A stretch of 64,000 bases of DNA from positions 434,001 to 498,000 of the forward strand of contig NW_022985697.1 in NCBI RefSeq assembly GCF_902459465.1, in the 5' to 3' direction. Every line of letters begins with the position of its first letter. Positions within the stretch are counted from its first letter, which is position 1. The notes beneath the pieces are model-generated. The model did no database searches. It saw only the letters and a program-made list of their open reading frames with translations, and was not told the DNA's origin. Made by a program: the position numbers and the translations under genes. Shown one piece after another: positions 45,169 through 59,239 of the stretch. This DNA is from Asterias rubens. Lineage: Eukaryota.

Positions 45169-47144
45169 TGGTCGATAACGCGTATTGCAGTCCGTCTGTA
45201 TTTAGCCCAAACAGACTTTTGCCTTAAGCTCCCAGAAAACATTGGTCAATTTTCTCTGACCTCTTTGTTTAAAACTACAATACTTCAAATGGGTTCATTT
45301 CTAGTGGTGCTTTATAATATCAACATCTCCACAGTGCTCTTTACCAAATACAGTTTTATGATCATTAAGAGTATTAGGTTTAAGAATAATTACCTAAGAT
45401 AAACCCTTCCTTTAAAATTACATGTTTTTAATCTGTTCTGGTTGTTATATTGACAGCCATACAAAAAACATTAATAAAGAGAGGAAGGTTTTGCCATTAT
45501 TAGAGCTATTTTAATTGTGAGTATATAGCAATTAATTTACATGCACAATTTGACTATTGAGCCCAATGTCACACAGCACAGCTTTGTAACACTGCAACAA
45601 CATATTTTATCCAGATCACTGAAATATTTTGAAAAGAATCATCTTGGGCAGAAACGCCTGTCAACTAATTGCTTCAGAACCCATGAAATCCCTTGTCAAA
45701 TCAAGAACCTCATTTTCTTGAAAACATTAACATATAACTCCTCCGTAGTGTAGCCAGCATGTTCTAGATCTGCAAGACGCAAGTGAACAAAAATCAATCA
45801 CGCTTTACTTACTCATGACCGCGCATCAAGGACAATGTTTTTTCTAATCAGAACATTTTTTACCTTCAAGGTGTAGATGGATTGCAATTTGACCGACCCT
45901 CACTGATTCAATAATTTTCTTAATTTCTCAACTAAACCTTTCTGTTTTTGATCCAAATATTAGAAAGTTCTGGCAAAACATTTGTCTTTTCTTGTTGGGT
46001 CCTTTTCTATAAAAATCTGTCCATGCAGGCTCTTTTTTTTCCGAGGCATTTGGTAAACTGCGACAGTGTAATAAATATTGTTGCTACATACAAACATATT
46101 TAGTAAAAAATTAAACACATGTTTTGATTATTAAAAAGTACATAGTGAAGCTATTTTTTTTCAAAACTTGAGGTTGGGGTCTCATTTCTGATAGATAATA
46201 ATGCAAACTCAGGAGTGAACAAAATAACAAAGTTACAACTTTATAATAAGGAAACACAATTTTAAAATGCATTCCCGCTAAAAAACTATTCGCTCAAGTA
46301 CCTGCTTAATATCAACAAAAATAATATTCTAAACTGACCTGCTTATAAATATAAAATTCATGTATGAGGTTATATCGAGCAGCTAGTTATATATACGATG
46401 GACATAATTGTACAAGCAATACATCAGGAATTATTCATGAGAACGTCTTTGTTCTATACAGTACAATTAATATTTCATCAGTTTTTAATTATTATCATTA
46501 ATTTTGTTCTACCTGAAATTTAATGCCTGTGGCCAACATCGGTCATTGTTTAAGACCAGTATCGGCAGTCGGCACTGTGTGTGACCCAACATATAAATAA
46601 AATAACAAACCTGAGAGCTAAAGGTGTATTTTGTATAATATTGTACACACAACTGGATGCATATGAGGGCATTGTTACAGCATATAATTGATAATCACAA
46701 GTTGAAGCCAAGTGAAATGGAATCCCCAAATTTCACAGAGTGATTCTATTTTGTGACAATGCAGAAATGAAATGCACTCAATATTTGTTTTATATAACTC
46801 ACACAAAGATCCTTGTAATTTGACGCCTCAAAGTAGATACAAAAAATGTTCCAACAAGAAAAGACCTTTCCTCCATTGGAAAAACAAGCAGGAAACGATT
46901 CTTTTGTGCATGGTGCTGCTAAAGCGTCCAATAATTATTCATATTGGACAATCCAATCCAACATTAAATTTTGTAGTGTCATGGCAGTACATTGCAAAAT
47001 AATGAATAACATGGACAAGTGTTCTACCAATCAAATGACAAGGATCTGGGTGTGTGGTTTCAAAATTAAAAAATACTTTTAAAAAATTACCATTTTGAAT
47101 CCAAAATGAATTACCCTGTTCTCATAGTTAACATGTATCAGCCC

Positions 47145-47528
47145 TAAAAGAACACGTTGCCTTGGATCGGTCGAGTTGGTTTTTGAAAAGCGATTGTAAC
47201 CGTTTTTTATAAAATGTACATGGGTAGAAAGATGTTGTAAAAGTAGAATACAATGATCCACACAAACATGCCTCGAAATTGCACGGTTTTCCTTTTACCT
47301 CGTCGACTAACACGGTCGGCCATTAATTTTATGGTTTGACTCCCATAAATGGCCGACCATGTTAGTTCGCACAGTAAAAGGAAAACCATGCAATTTCGAG
47401 GAAAACCTGTGTGGATCATTGTATTCTACTTTTAAAACATCTTTCCAACCATATGCATTTTATATCAAACGGTTACAAACGCTTTTTATAGACCAACTCG
47501 TCCAATCCAAGGCAACGTGTTCCTTTAA
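47145..47528. mobile_element. Foldback TTAA-MITE (as 26525-26901)
   Basis: aagaacacgttgccttggatcggtcgagttgg...ccaactcgtccaatccaaggcaacgtgttccTTTAA. Confidence 0.9.
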
Positions 47529-48341
47529 ATCAGCTTGAAATGTATATCTTAACCAAGAACAGCAAAGGACTGCTAGGCTAGTCTAATAGTATCCCACTAC
47601 ACAAACAAGCACAATGAGATCGCCCAATAATCATTCGACTTTCACTGCGTAATGCTCTTAAGTTTGGTCATTCATCTCACAGATGACTCAATATAATTTT
47701 AGTATGAGCTCTGCAAGATTATTCATATTTTGTGTTCTTTGTTTTACATTTTTTTTAATGGCATTACTTATCTTAGGCAATGTCATAATCTGTTTATAGC
47801 ATAAACTGCCACTATGTTTGTTCTTTGACTGGGGCTTTTTATTGTTTTCCTTTGTAAGACAACAATTGTAAAAAGCCCAAACAAAGGTTTAATTTAGAGG
47901 CAATGGTTCTGTTACATTTGCCAAAAGCCGATAAAATTTACCTTTTCATTAAAAAATAAGAACTTAACTCTGACATTCCACAAAATTTCAGATAGAAACA
48001 AAACTACATACTGATTTGGCAAGATCATAATATCAAAAGACCCATGCCAATTAATTTGTTTTAAATGTAACTGAAATTAATTCCAATGCATGTTTAGTGG
48101 GTTTATCCCCTTTTTATTGGATCTCATGATACAAACACTCCTCTTGAAACAAGGTTTGTCTCATTTTCTTGTGATTGTGATACTCCATATGGTGAACTAA
48201 CATCGGTATTCATCCCACGCTCTTTCTTATCATAATTTCTACTTATTGATACGTGTCATGGCCTCTCTGCATCAGGCCAGCCACAAGTGCCGTTTCTTTA
48301 AATCGGTCAGTAAGATTTCTCCTGAGTTGGTAATTTTTGTA

Positions 48342-48385
48342 CCCACACAGCGTCTTGGCACCCACACAGCGTCTCGGCACCAATG
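48342..48385. repeat. Tandem repeat, 19-bp unit x2
   Basis: acccacacagcgtcttggc acccacacagcgtctcggc acc. Confidence 0.85.
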
Positions 48386-51300
48386 ATGTAAGTGCTCCAT
48401 CTGGTTTAGCAAAGCACCTGAGAGGTTCCCCCTCCTCTTTCTCTATCTATCTTTCTGAACTGTTAGGGAAGCACTTTACATGATAGTGATTCTAGATCAG
48501 GAATTAGTCTAATTAGTTATCGGCATTTGAAGGGCCTGGATGATGAACCCATAGGCCTCCTTAATTGCATTACGGCTAATGCAACTAATTGCTGAGAGTC
48601 TGCTGTTAATGCATTAACTACACCGACGAGGATTGAGCATAGTAAACGCTACATCAATTTCAATTCTCTCCTCATAGACCTTTAGTAACCTTCTGCCATC
48701 TTGGGTTGGGGTGGTACCCTGTGTGTGGCTGTGCAATCTTGGTCATGATAATCAAAAACATGTTTGGGTGCCAGTCCTTTCCACCTCTCTCATCCCTGCA
48801 ATTCTTGCAGCAGGAATATTGTCATAAAGGTTGTCGTAAAATTGAAGATCTTTTCTGATGACTACAACTGTGCACGAAGTAAAATATCCTTGAAGACTCA
48901 TCCAAAAGCTACCCCCCCCCCAAACATGATTAAGGAATAGCAGTTTCATCCTAGAGTTTACTACAACCCAAGTGGAGTAGGATTTTCTTTTTCATACACT
49001 GACATCAAAGGTTGACTGTCTCTGTTGAGATATCCTGACATGTTGTCATGTTTGTCTATATTACTCCAATTTTAGGTCAGATAGTGGACTGTTTTTCAGC
49101 AAGTTGTTTATATATTGAGGAAGCTGTCCTGTCCTGCAACTACCCTATGACAACAAATGCATCATCTGAAAGTGTCTGCCTGGGCTAGTACAGTTTTGAG
49201 AAATTGCAAGCTTCGTTTCTTTGTTGTCTAACAGGATTTAAGAATAAATAGTACCTCATAAAAGTTTAGATTCTGCTTGAGATGTGATTCACACAATGCA
49301 AAATTTACCTGTTCAGATACATGTTATTTACATCTCAAATATACACAAATATTCTGACCAGTAAATTCCAAAAGTGAATTATTGCACTTTGGTTTTAAAA
49401 ACCTTTGACGAGCAATACATGTACACATACATGTGCTCATCAGTTGTAGGTACAGCCACAATAAAATCTACCCAGGCAAGTAAGTATATAAACCTGCCTG
49501 TAGTTAATCGGGACAGGTAAACATGTTATACATAATATCAGGAAAAGAGCAACATAAACGGCATGGTTAACACAACTGCCTGAACACCACACTAACGAAA
49601 CTTTGGTTATTACAAGTTCTGTGCAAGAACAAATTAATTTAGCAAATTCAGTAATTGTCATGTTAATTTTGACAATGCTGTATTATAATTAAAGCAATTA
49701 GTGGTTCTGCTTAGGGTAGATAAGCTGCAAACTTAAAAAAGAAGAAAAAGGAAACAGTATTGTTTGCAAAAGCTGTTTCTTGCCAGCAGTGTTAGTAAAA
49801 TATGCTACATTAGAGCCCCCGGGGTGGGGGGGGGGGGAGGCAGAAAAGTATTAGACAATTTTAAAGTATATCACAAGACCTCTTTCATCAAAAACTTGCA
49901 ACAAACGCATCTCACAAAAGGAAAATCCCAAGTACAAGATGCAATCTTTGGAGGTATAGGGGGAGGGGGAAGCAAAAGTAAAGTACTTTGAAAAAAGATT
50001 CCAAGAAAAAGCCAAAGACATATGCTCAAAGAAGTTCAAAGAGAGGTTAGTTTGGAATTCACAAAACAGACATCATTCAAAAACAATTGATCAAGGCAGT
50101 TTTTTTTTCAGTGCCATTATTTCATGTTTTTTTTTCATGCCAAGTCAAAGTATCGGGTTTGGAAGGAAACAGATGCCCATTCACCCAGCCAAGGAATCCA
50201 GTCACATCCTTTCAACAAAATAAAAGAGAATTAAAGTCATACGTGCCCCTCAAAGAAACTCAAAAACTGATCAGCAAAATCAAGAAAGAAAAGCGTGTTT
50301 CTTGAAATAAAAAAGTGCCTTTTTTATTTTAATGTTGCTTTACGAAACCCTAGCGCACATGCATACACACTGCCTCATAGGAAAAAGGGTAAAGATCAAC
50401 AAAAAACACCAGGAAACGAGTAAAACAAAAAATTCAAAAAAGTTGGGAATATTTTGGATGAAGAGGGAACTGTATTCTAGCACTGGTATTTTGGAACTAG
50501 ATTTTGGAAACCATATTTTATTCTTGCATATTTTAAGTTATGAGGAATTTTTTTCGATAAATTCCTAGAAGTCAGTATTATTCTGCTTTATTTCATGTGC
50601 AGAAATTAATATTAAACCACATGGTGCTTTTTTTACTTAAACATACAGATCAGGGAATACGATCTTTCCAGTTGTATTATAAAAGCATCTGCTGGAAAAA
50701 TACCAAATGTCATAATGTTAATTTAACTGCTGTGGAAGTGTGATTATGAACAGATACTAATGAAGAATATTGAAGTCATATTCTCTTGTCTTTTCTTTCC
50801 AAAGGTTTCTATATTGTTGACGGAATGTTGAAATTCTTAATTTTATTTGAAGAAATTCTATAACAGTTTTTACTCCCATGGGAAGAGAGTTTATGGTAAT
50901 TTAATTAGTACACACTCAATTTACCAAAGGGAACAAGAACAGAAGATCTAAACACAAATACTAAATCTCACAATTTGTTTTTCTCACTACATCAGCTAAT
51001 AGTCGACAACAAACAAAATGATCAAATAATCCAACAAGGTAGAGTTTATGGGGGGTTATTTTCTTTGGCTTCATCTACACAACTTCATCTTCGGCAATGA
51101 CAAAGGACTAGCAAATTAAAATGGGAAACAGCTAGTTCTGTGCCCAACTATGTACTGTACATGCATTACATCATTTCTTGACCCTTGACCCCTTAAATAC
51201 CACAGGAGCAAAACCGGTAGAGCAGTCTTTATGTTATCATTGTTAAAGATAACCGGGAATATTAATAGAGCACCCAAATCATCTAGAATTTATTGCTATT

Positions 51301-53081
51301 AGTGGGCACTTTATAAAGCAAAGAGAAATCTGCAAGCAGTAATAAACTTTTCCTTCCAACCTTTTTTTTCTTCTTTCAAGTCTTTCTTTCCTCCCCTTTC
51401 CTCTGTCTGTCGACATTGTGAATTTAAACTTTCCCTCTTGAGAAAATTAATAAAGCAGAGAAATTTGCCACACCTTTTTATTTTTTAGCACAACTGACCA
51501 AAACTTAACACCAACGTGTTGGCCAAGAAAAGTTTTTAAAAAGTAAACAAATAAAGAGAATGAATTACTACGAACCAAAAAAAGAACAACAAAAATCAAC
51601 GTAACGCATAACTTTATGTTAACAGTCAGAGCTTTAATGACTTTGTATCCTGGGTAAATTTGAAGCATTTTTTTTTCTTTCTTTCTTTTGGCTGTGATGA
51701 AAGCTTTCATCTTGAAAGCTTGCTCTGACTAGTCACCCTGATTTATTAAAAAACTGCTTGTCATTATAAGAACCTTGAAAGCCATTGCAACGGTCTATGG
51801 TTAGAGAAATAGTGCTGGTTATAACAGCAGTTTACCCAACTCAAGGGAACAACATGCAAAGGAAGGGTGGTTGCATCACGTAGCAGGAGGAATTTTTTGT
51901 TTGTTGTTGTGAGAAGCGGAACGACAAGCAAAAAAAGAGTTAGGAAGTCATTTCAGATACCGTAAAGTCTGCTGACTGGTCCGTTCTCAGTACTGCTGGC
52001 TCCTCCTGCAGTCCATTGTACCAGGTCTTGGATAATTGAAGGGGACACAAATTGTAGGTGGTCTAATTAGAAAATCATGACAACTGGTGTTGGGCGGGTT
52101 GAGGGGGGAGGCAGAGCTGTTTTGGGCGGAGCATTTAAACAGGGCACCATCATCACATATAATGTGCTGTAGTATACATGAAATGGGGCACCACCTTAAA
52201 ATGTGCTGTGATGAAAACCTTTGAATCACTCAGTTTAAACTAGAAAAGTTTAAACAAGAACAAATTTGAGAGTTTGGTGGAGTCAGAGGGAAAAATTATA
52301 AGCCATTTGCATGTTAGATTGAAATAGTGTCTGGTACACTGACTTAGTCAAAAGTCAAGGCTTAAATTTGACTTTCTGGACTGTGAGACAGTTGCTGTGT
52401 CACATGATTCCTAAGCTTTTGCATAGTTACCAAAGAGACAGTGAGCACCTGAATACCATTTTGAATGAAGGTGTATTAGGCACATTGGTACCAGAGTCTG
52501 CTCATTTGGAGGTTGATATAACCATGGAGGTAGAAATAGAACCATATTCTCAGAGATTCAATTACTCTGTAACTTGTGACTAAGCAAGTCATTGTAACAG
52601 ACAGTATTCAATTCTTACTTGTAAATGGCTTTATGCTAAGCATTCAGAAGAATCAAAGTCTGGTTTAGAGACAGAGTAGATAAAGAAAATGGAAGGCATG
52701 AGAAAAAAATGGAAAAGAAAAATCATGATTAAGCAGAACTGAGACACAGATGTCAATAATAAACAAATGAGATGGAAAGGGAACTTTAAATGACAAAAAT
52801 AAATAAGTAAATTCCAATGGAATACAATAACCCCTCATCCTATCCAGTGTACAATAAAATAAAATACATCTACTGGCACATTATATTCCGCATTAAACCT
52901 CCCTGTAGAAAAGAGACTCCTTTCATTTACCGAGCGTGGGGGGAAAATCATCAAATTAAAATAGTAATCAAACATTGTATCGTGTAATGTCAGACTTAAA
53001 GTCACATGGTTCAGCAGGCTGTGTGTGCAAGGGAGAATCTGTATACGTGGCATTCAGTCACAACAGACTCATCCTCGCTAC

Positions 53082-53238
53082 ATTGGGAGACTTTGGTCGG
53101 TCTTTTTTCACAGTTCTCGCCATTAGTGCGCGTGCTTAGACATATGCGCGCAATACTGAGCAATGTGTGTGCTAGCTCAGAGCTGCAAAAAAGGGACCGT
53201 TATGTCTGCTGCCACCAGCGTCTCAAAAGTCTCCCATT
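53082..53238. mobile_element. Short MITE with ATTGGGAGACTTT/AAAGTCTCCCATT ends
   Basis: 13-bp near-perfect inverted termini. Confidence 0.55.
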
Positions 53239-53289
53239 ATAAGGGACTTTGCGCGCACTCCCAAAGTGACTTGATATTCATCCTGGCCA

Positions 53290-53325
53290 ATTCAAATCAA
53301 ATCAAATCAAATCAAATCAATCAAA
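53290..53325. repeat. (AAATC)n microsatellite
   Basis: ttcaaatcaaatcaaatcaaatcaaatcaatcaaac. Confidence 0.9.
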
Positions 53326-54154
53326 CATTTATTTCCGGTAAGGGTCTTGTCACACGAGGCAACTTTTGCAGGCAACTTGGAGGCAAACAACTGCAGTGCA
53401 TGCTAGACTTTCATAGCACATAAGTCTTTTTTTTTTATCCCAAAGAAATATATGCCATATATTCAAATGTGAATGGCTGTTCTTCTTGGAGATTGTCCCG
53501 TGTTACATGGCCCTATCTTACATCGTCCTGCAATTTCGATAATTTTGTTCCTTACAATTTGCCTGAGATTTCTCATGGAGGACTATCAGTCCGCATTGGG
53601 AGCATTATAATCCATCTCCAACAAAAAAAAGTATTTTCAATACAATACAAAGAGTTTATTGCACCACACGCACTGATCAATATTAGCGGAATACATTGAA
53701 ACCATATTAAGCAATGAAATTCACAGACCTTTGGTAGACATTGCATCAATTCCACAACATTATTTCATGTTTATCGCCTTTATCAAAGCCATTTATACAC
53801 AGCTACCAGGCCTGTATTTACACAAAGGGCAACATGGGCAATGTCCTCTGCTGCCCTGGTCTTGTCTGCTGGCGCACCTCGGTTTCAAGATTTCCCAAAT
53901 GGAATTAATGCCTTTTGCAAAATGAGGATGGCCTTGCCCTCTCAAAGATTGTATCCCAGACTGATCTACCTGTAGAACCCTCACTGCACCAAATTATGGA
54001 AATGCTGTTTATAAATCTCCAGAGGGTTATTAAAACAGGGAAGGAAAACAAGAAGAAAAGGGGAAAAAAAAAACCTCCAAGATTCCTAACACTCTCTTTA
54101 CGGAAACTGCTCTTTTCTGATTGTTTACCCCTGTGTCTTCACTGGGATCATGCA

Positions 54155-54168
54155 GTTGCCACGGCAAC
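54155..54168. promoter_or_regulatory. RFX X-box-like palindrome
   Basis: GTTGCCACGGCAAC differs at one base from the palindromic X-box GTTGCCATGGCAAC. Confidence 0.35.
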
Positions 54169-54984
54169 CTGCACAGAGAAGATCTGGGCTTCTCTTTGTT
54201 CCAATAATTGAATACATGGCCTGAAGCAAGCTCACTTTGCCATGCAACAATTTTTTAGTATTTTTTTTGTTTGTATTTGCGGGGGTAACCTGTGGCTCGT
54301 CCTGCCAGGGTGGGAATGTCACATGCTATTTGGGTCAATTAATGAAACGTGAAAGCATTTAACATGAAGACTCCTAAATGTTAAACTTATCAATTCAAAA
54401 GGCATTTGTACATATATTGGCCTATTCAAAGCCTATACACATTTCAATCAACAATAGAAAATGCAAATTGCCTTCGGTGGTCATTACGCGTGTGGCATCA
54501 TTGTTTAATTCCATCAAAGACACATAGTAAATTTAATTCATGAAACGTGTTTAGTTGTTGTTAATGATCTTACCATGCATAAATATCTTAAAGGCATAAG
54601 GCCTGTTATAACAAACACGCATCATATAATATGGGATTAGAAATGAAGCAAAGCGGCACCACAGAAATATCACTTTAAAGGGTTGTTTTTGAAACAACTA
54701 TCGTGGTAAACTTTACAACATCCACTCTAACTTTTTGAAAAAGTAAAAACATCCGAGGTGCATTCTTTAATTTTTCCCCCCCTTTTTAACACCATTGGCT
54801 TTTGTGCTTATATGCTTTGTGTTTTTGATCAGAGAATGAAAGAGTTGGGAACACTTGCTTCAAAACCGGAAGGGTCGCGGCCATGTGCTAAAGGACTAAG
54901 TCAAAGTCGCACTTTACTTTGTCCAGGTTAATACATATATATCTTGTAGCATTTAAAACTTTGCATGGTGGAAATACTATATGG

Positions 54985-55085
54985 AAAGGATTGCGGTAAC
55001 ACCATGTATAGACTATCTCTAATAAGTTAGGTTGGTTCTGAAAAGAACCGTTGGTTTCAACTCGATGTTTTGATCAGTATGCTCT
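54985..55085 (-). mobile_element. Decayed Penelope-type end, hammerhead core partly deleted
   Basis: gttctgaaaagaaccgttggtttcaactcgatgttttgatcagtatgctc shares its flank with 12905-12975. Confidence 0.3.
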
Positions 55086-56604
55086 TTTGGAGAAAGCAGC
55101 AATGTATATCTTGATTGGTACTAAACTAAAGATGTCCTCATTTTGAATTTTTTTATATTTTTTATATTTTTTACAGCCTTTGAACCTTTATAAATTTGGG
55201 TAGGCTTTTTTCCTTCTTTTTTTCCGGCTGCTGTAATTTGAATGTTTTTTGTTCAATAAATCATATCTATAAATGCAGATGTGTTTATAATTTGCTGACA
55301 ACATGCACGATCTGATCTGATGAAAATTTCTGTTCACAAAACAACATCAACTCCCTCCAAAAAATGTCCCCCAAAATAATGAAGTGTTTTTAACGAGAGC
55401 CACAGTAGCCATTAACCCACGGATGAGGGCTTCTAAAGTGGAATAAAATCAAGCGCACCGGAACATCTTCCCAAATCGAATTGTCTAGTCTGGTGAAAGC
55501 CTGCTCCACAACAATAGTCCTTGACCTAAACCTATGGACGATCCTAAACCGATGGACGATCTGTTTTGATGGATTGCTAGAGCTGCCACCGCGTTAAATA
55601 CGAACCAATCATATTTCAGAGGTCATTAAGATCTCTTGTTTTGCCGAGGACGGCATATTTTGGCAATGCTAGCGTTGAACTCTTTGGCACCTGTACAAGG
55701 CCAGACGAGATTAAAAAATCCATCTCATAAATATCGGGTTAGTTTTGTATGACTGCTACATCAGCTAGTTCATTCTTTATTAGATCATGTTTGTGGAGGG
55801 GAGGCAAAGACAGTACGATGTGTCATGCCATATGCTTTGCTTTGCCACTACACTGCTTGATCGCCATCACGTCATCACATTAGAGGCACAATACTGTGCT
55901 TACTATTCTACAACTAGGGGCCCTGATATGAGGCCAACAATAGTGAAATCAAACAAAACAACCGTACAAAGCTTCCATCATGGGTACACTTTCAGTTACA
56001 AAAACACCTCTTTATGACTAAAGTGCAATTCTTTGCCACTCGAGGTGGCCTTTTTGACCAAACTTTGTTGACTAGAGCACTATCATCGATTCGGGGTCAA
56101 GTTTGCCTCAAGAGAACTCAGATGGCCCTATAATTAGATGGGACCAAGCTTAGATAAACTACATTAAGGTATGCAGCAGTGTACTCCCACTATACATCAA
56201 TGCATACATGTGCCTACTTGAGCATCTGACAGTGTCGTCTACTTAAGAATTTTTCAAGCAGGGGTTCACTTGGGCAGAAATGATAACTTTATGGAGGTTT
56301 CCGCTTGGCTTAACTGATCAATATGAAGAGCATCAATAACTAATATTCCACAGGTGACCTGCTGATCAATTCCTGGGAGTAAACACATTGTTTTTGAGAG
56401 CTTAGCCTGTGGGATTGGCGACCCTTGAAGCTGCTTCTAGCCGAGATTAGCAGCATTTGACCGATTTGACACTTGGCTTATGTAGGTCAGTAAATTATTC
56501 CCAATTCCCCAATCAGGATGATTGCTTGAGCATTATGAACAGTAAGCTAGATCTTGAGGAGAACAGGATAGCATGATAGTTTGGAATTAATTTATGCCAC
56601 CGAT

Positions 56605-56790
56605 TTCATTCTGCAGATTTTTAGTCTTCATTCTGCAGATTTTTAGTGCTCATTCTGCTGAGTGTCAGTATTCATTCTGCAGAGTGTCAGTATTCATTCT
56701 GCAGAGTTTCTGTATTCATGCTGCAGAGTGTCAGTCTTAACTCTGCAGAGTTTCTGTATTCATTCTGCAGAGTTTCAGTCTTCATTCAGT
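56605..56790. repeat. Minisatellite, ~21-22-bp unit x~8 (ttcattctgcagagtttcagta)
   Basis: Directly visible tandem units. Confidence 0.9.
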
Positions 56791-59239
56791 TAGAATAATG
56801 TTGACATTGTGTTTTCACTACTAATTCATTACGTCTGTCTCTGACCCTTCCACAGCTTTCTAATTATATTTTTTGAAAAGATGGAGAAAAAAAACAATGA
56901 CAACTATGCACAAGGCAATATTGTTATTGCTGAACTACGGCGTGTACCTCTGGGTCCAATATCGTGGAGCTACATCAGCGGGAAATTGCGCTTAAAATTT
57001 TTTATACTCGGCTACAATAAGCAGTATACCAATCACAGATATGGAGTATGGAATGGTACTTTGGCTAGTAACCTTATTCTGGTAAGCATAATAGTTATGT
57101 GCTTAGCTTCTTTTGAGTGCCAATGAAATTGGGCCCTATGGTGTCCGAAAAAATCTGCCTGATTCCACTAAAGCACATTATGAACCACATCAGTTTAGGG
57201 TTTCATATAAATGTCCACCGTCTTCTCGGAAAGTGGGGCTAAAAATACTGCACTTGTTTTGTTTTTTCCAGATACATTTACGAACATTTCATCAACAGGC
57301 TCTTTCTTCTGTGGAATGAGAGCACAGAACAAAAAAAACTTTCCCAGGATTAAATATCCATAAGAAAATCTGATGAATCCATGTAGGAATGGAGCATCAA
57401 CAAAAGTCGGAAATAAAAATTACCCCGCTGGAGAAATATAATCCTGTGCCATAGCTTTCTGTGACACCCTGATAGCATGTGGGTTAAATGTACGTGTAAG
57501 GAACGCCAGGGCCGGGTAAATCTCTCGTCGTTGTGTTCAGCCACGTTCATAGCACATCCCCAGATGGCAATTGACACTCAATCTGTGGTGCTGTCACATT
57601 GTCACGTTTCTTGCAGGGGGGGGGGGAGGGGTCACTAGAGAGGGACTGTCAGGGGCAAAACTGTGGCTGCTTCCCGGAATCCATCCCATAAGTCTTCAAT
57701 TTCTTATATATTGTGTGTCCAACTCGGTGGTGGGGGGGGGGGGGGTTACATATACTCTATTTGGGAATCTTGCATTTGGGATTTACTGCTTTTAAAGGCA
57801 GTCAGTGATTTTCTGTTTTGATATTATGGGGATCTCTTTGGAGAGCAACCTGCGAAATGTCAGAGATGATTGTGTCAATTCTTCCCAAACAATCTTTACA
57901 TGCATATTAGGCATGCACAGTAAAACTTCAGAATTCAAAATTTAAAAATACCTCTAGTCCTCTTATTCTGTTATCCATCTTATTGTTTTAAATGCTCGCA
58001 GGTTCATTTATTTGTTTTTTATTTTGATTACACATCCACCCTGTCAATGCTGTTGTGTGCAAATGCGTAAGCATCAAGGTTGAATCGACAAACAATTTGG
58101 TCACTGGCAGTTGCTTATGTCTAAATAATTTGGTGTAAAAAATTGAGAGGATAAATAGCAAAGTAATTAAGTGAAGTAGACAACCAGTTGACAATCAGCT
58201 TTTGTCCCTCACAATATAACAGGAAATATATTAAGAATCAAACAAATTGGTGTCTTGTTGCGTGTATAAACGCACATACTAAGCCCACATTGTGTTGATT
58301 GCCTGTATCACAAACTGTTTGCTTTACTAAGTAAATTTTTGTGCTCACAAGCGTTTGAGCCCAGGTCTAACAACAAATACTTACATATTTTTGAGAGAAA
58401 GAAAAGAGATTGAACCAACAAGTTATTTTACTCCTTCGTGATCTTGAGTTTTCGTTGTTGTTGTTGACAATACCACGTTCCCCAATTAGCAAAGCAAAAA
58501 ACAATAGCAAAGAGTGACAATTGCAAATAGAGTATTAGGAGGTACATGTACAACACAGACTAGCGAGACACGTACTCCTCCAAACCCTTACGGACATTAA
58601 TGAATCAATCTACAATGCCTTATAGATAGTTCCATCAGCCACGGTCAAATTCAATCTTTGACTCGTTGTGCTGGATGAAGTCAAATCCATCAGTGCATCT
58701 GCATCGGGCTTTCCCTCCCTACAGAAAATTAACTAGACTGATGTCGTCTCCCGCAATCATATCTGCTCATGTAGAAATGATTCCGATATAGTTGAACCAC
58801 TAGGGTGCAATAATCCTGAGCCTCACTGTGCGTACATTAAGCCCTGGAGTAAGCTGTAGCGATAGACGTGGGCAACATTTCCTGCCTGATAAATGTGTTA
58901 CTGGTGTATTGGAAGCAGGGAGGGGGGGGGGGAGTGCTCTAATCATAATAAGTCCATGGTGAATAACAAGCTCAACCGGGGGGAAGACCCACATTCATAC
59001 ACTAATGTTCTGCGATCTTGAGATTGGAGAGTTTGTGCGGTCGTCAACTTTTTTCAAATGTCATCTGAACTTCGGCTGTAAATTCCGGGCCAATGAACAA
59101 GTCTGTATCTGACATGTTGACTGCGTTCTAAATGCGAACAACTTCTTTTAAAATGTTCTGGACTGGCCAAACTCATACCAGCAGCAACACTTCCCTGCCA
59201 CGCAACCATCTTTTTAACATAATTGTCTTGACAGAGACA

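Noticed and set aside
48560-48950. Two minus-strand frames (…NIPAARIAGMRE…; GTTPTQDGRRLLKVYEE…) as Kv4 exons
   Set aside because: Neither matches the Kv4 KARLARIR or HHHLL blocks beyond two or three residues, and both end in stops.
57535-57580. Minus-strand CHLGMCYERG resembling a Sel1-like repeat
   Set aside because: A stop follows immediately, the acceptor is weak, and no second repeat is present.
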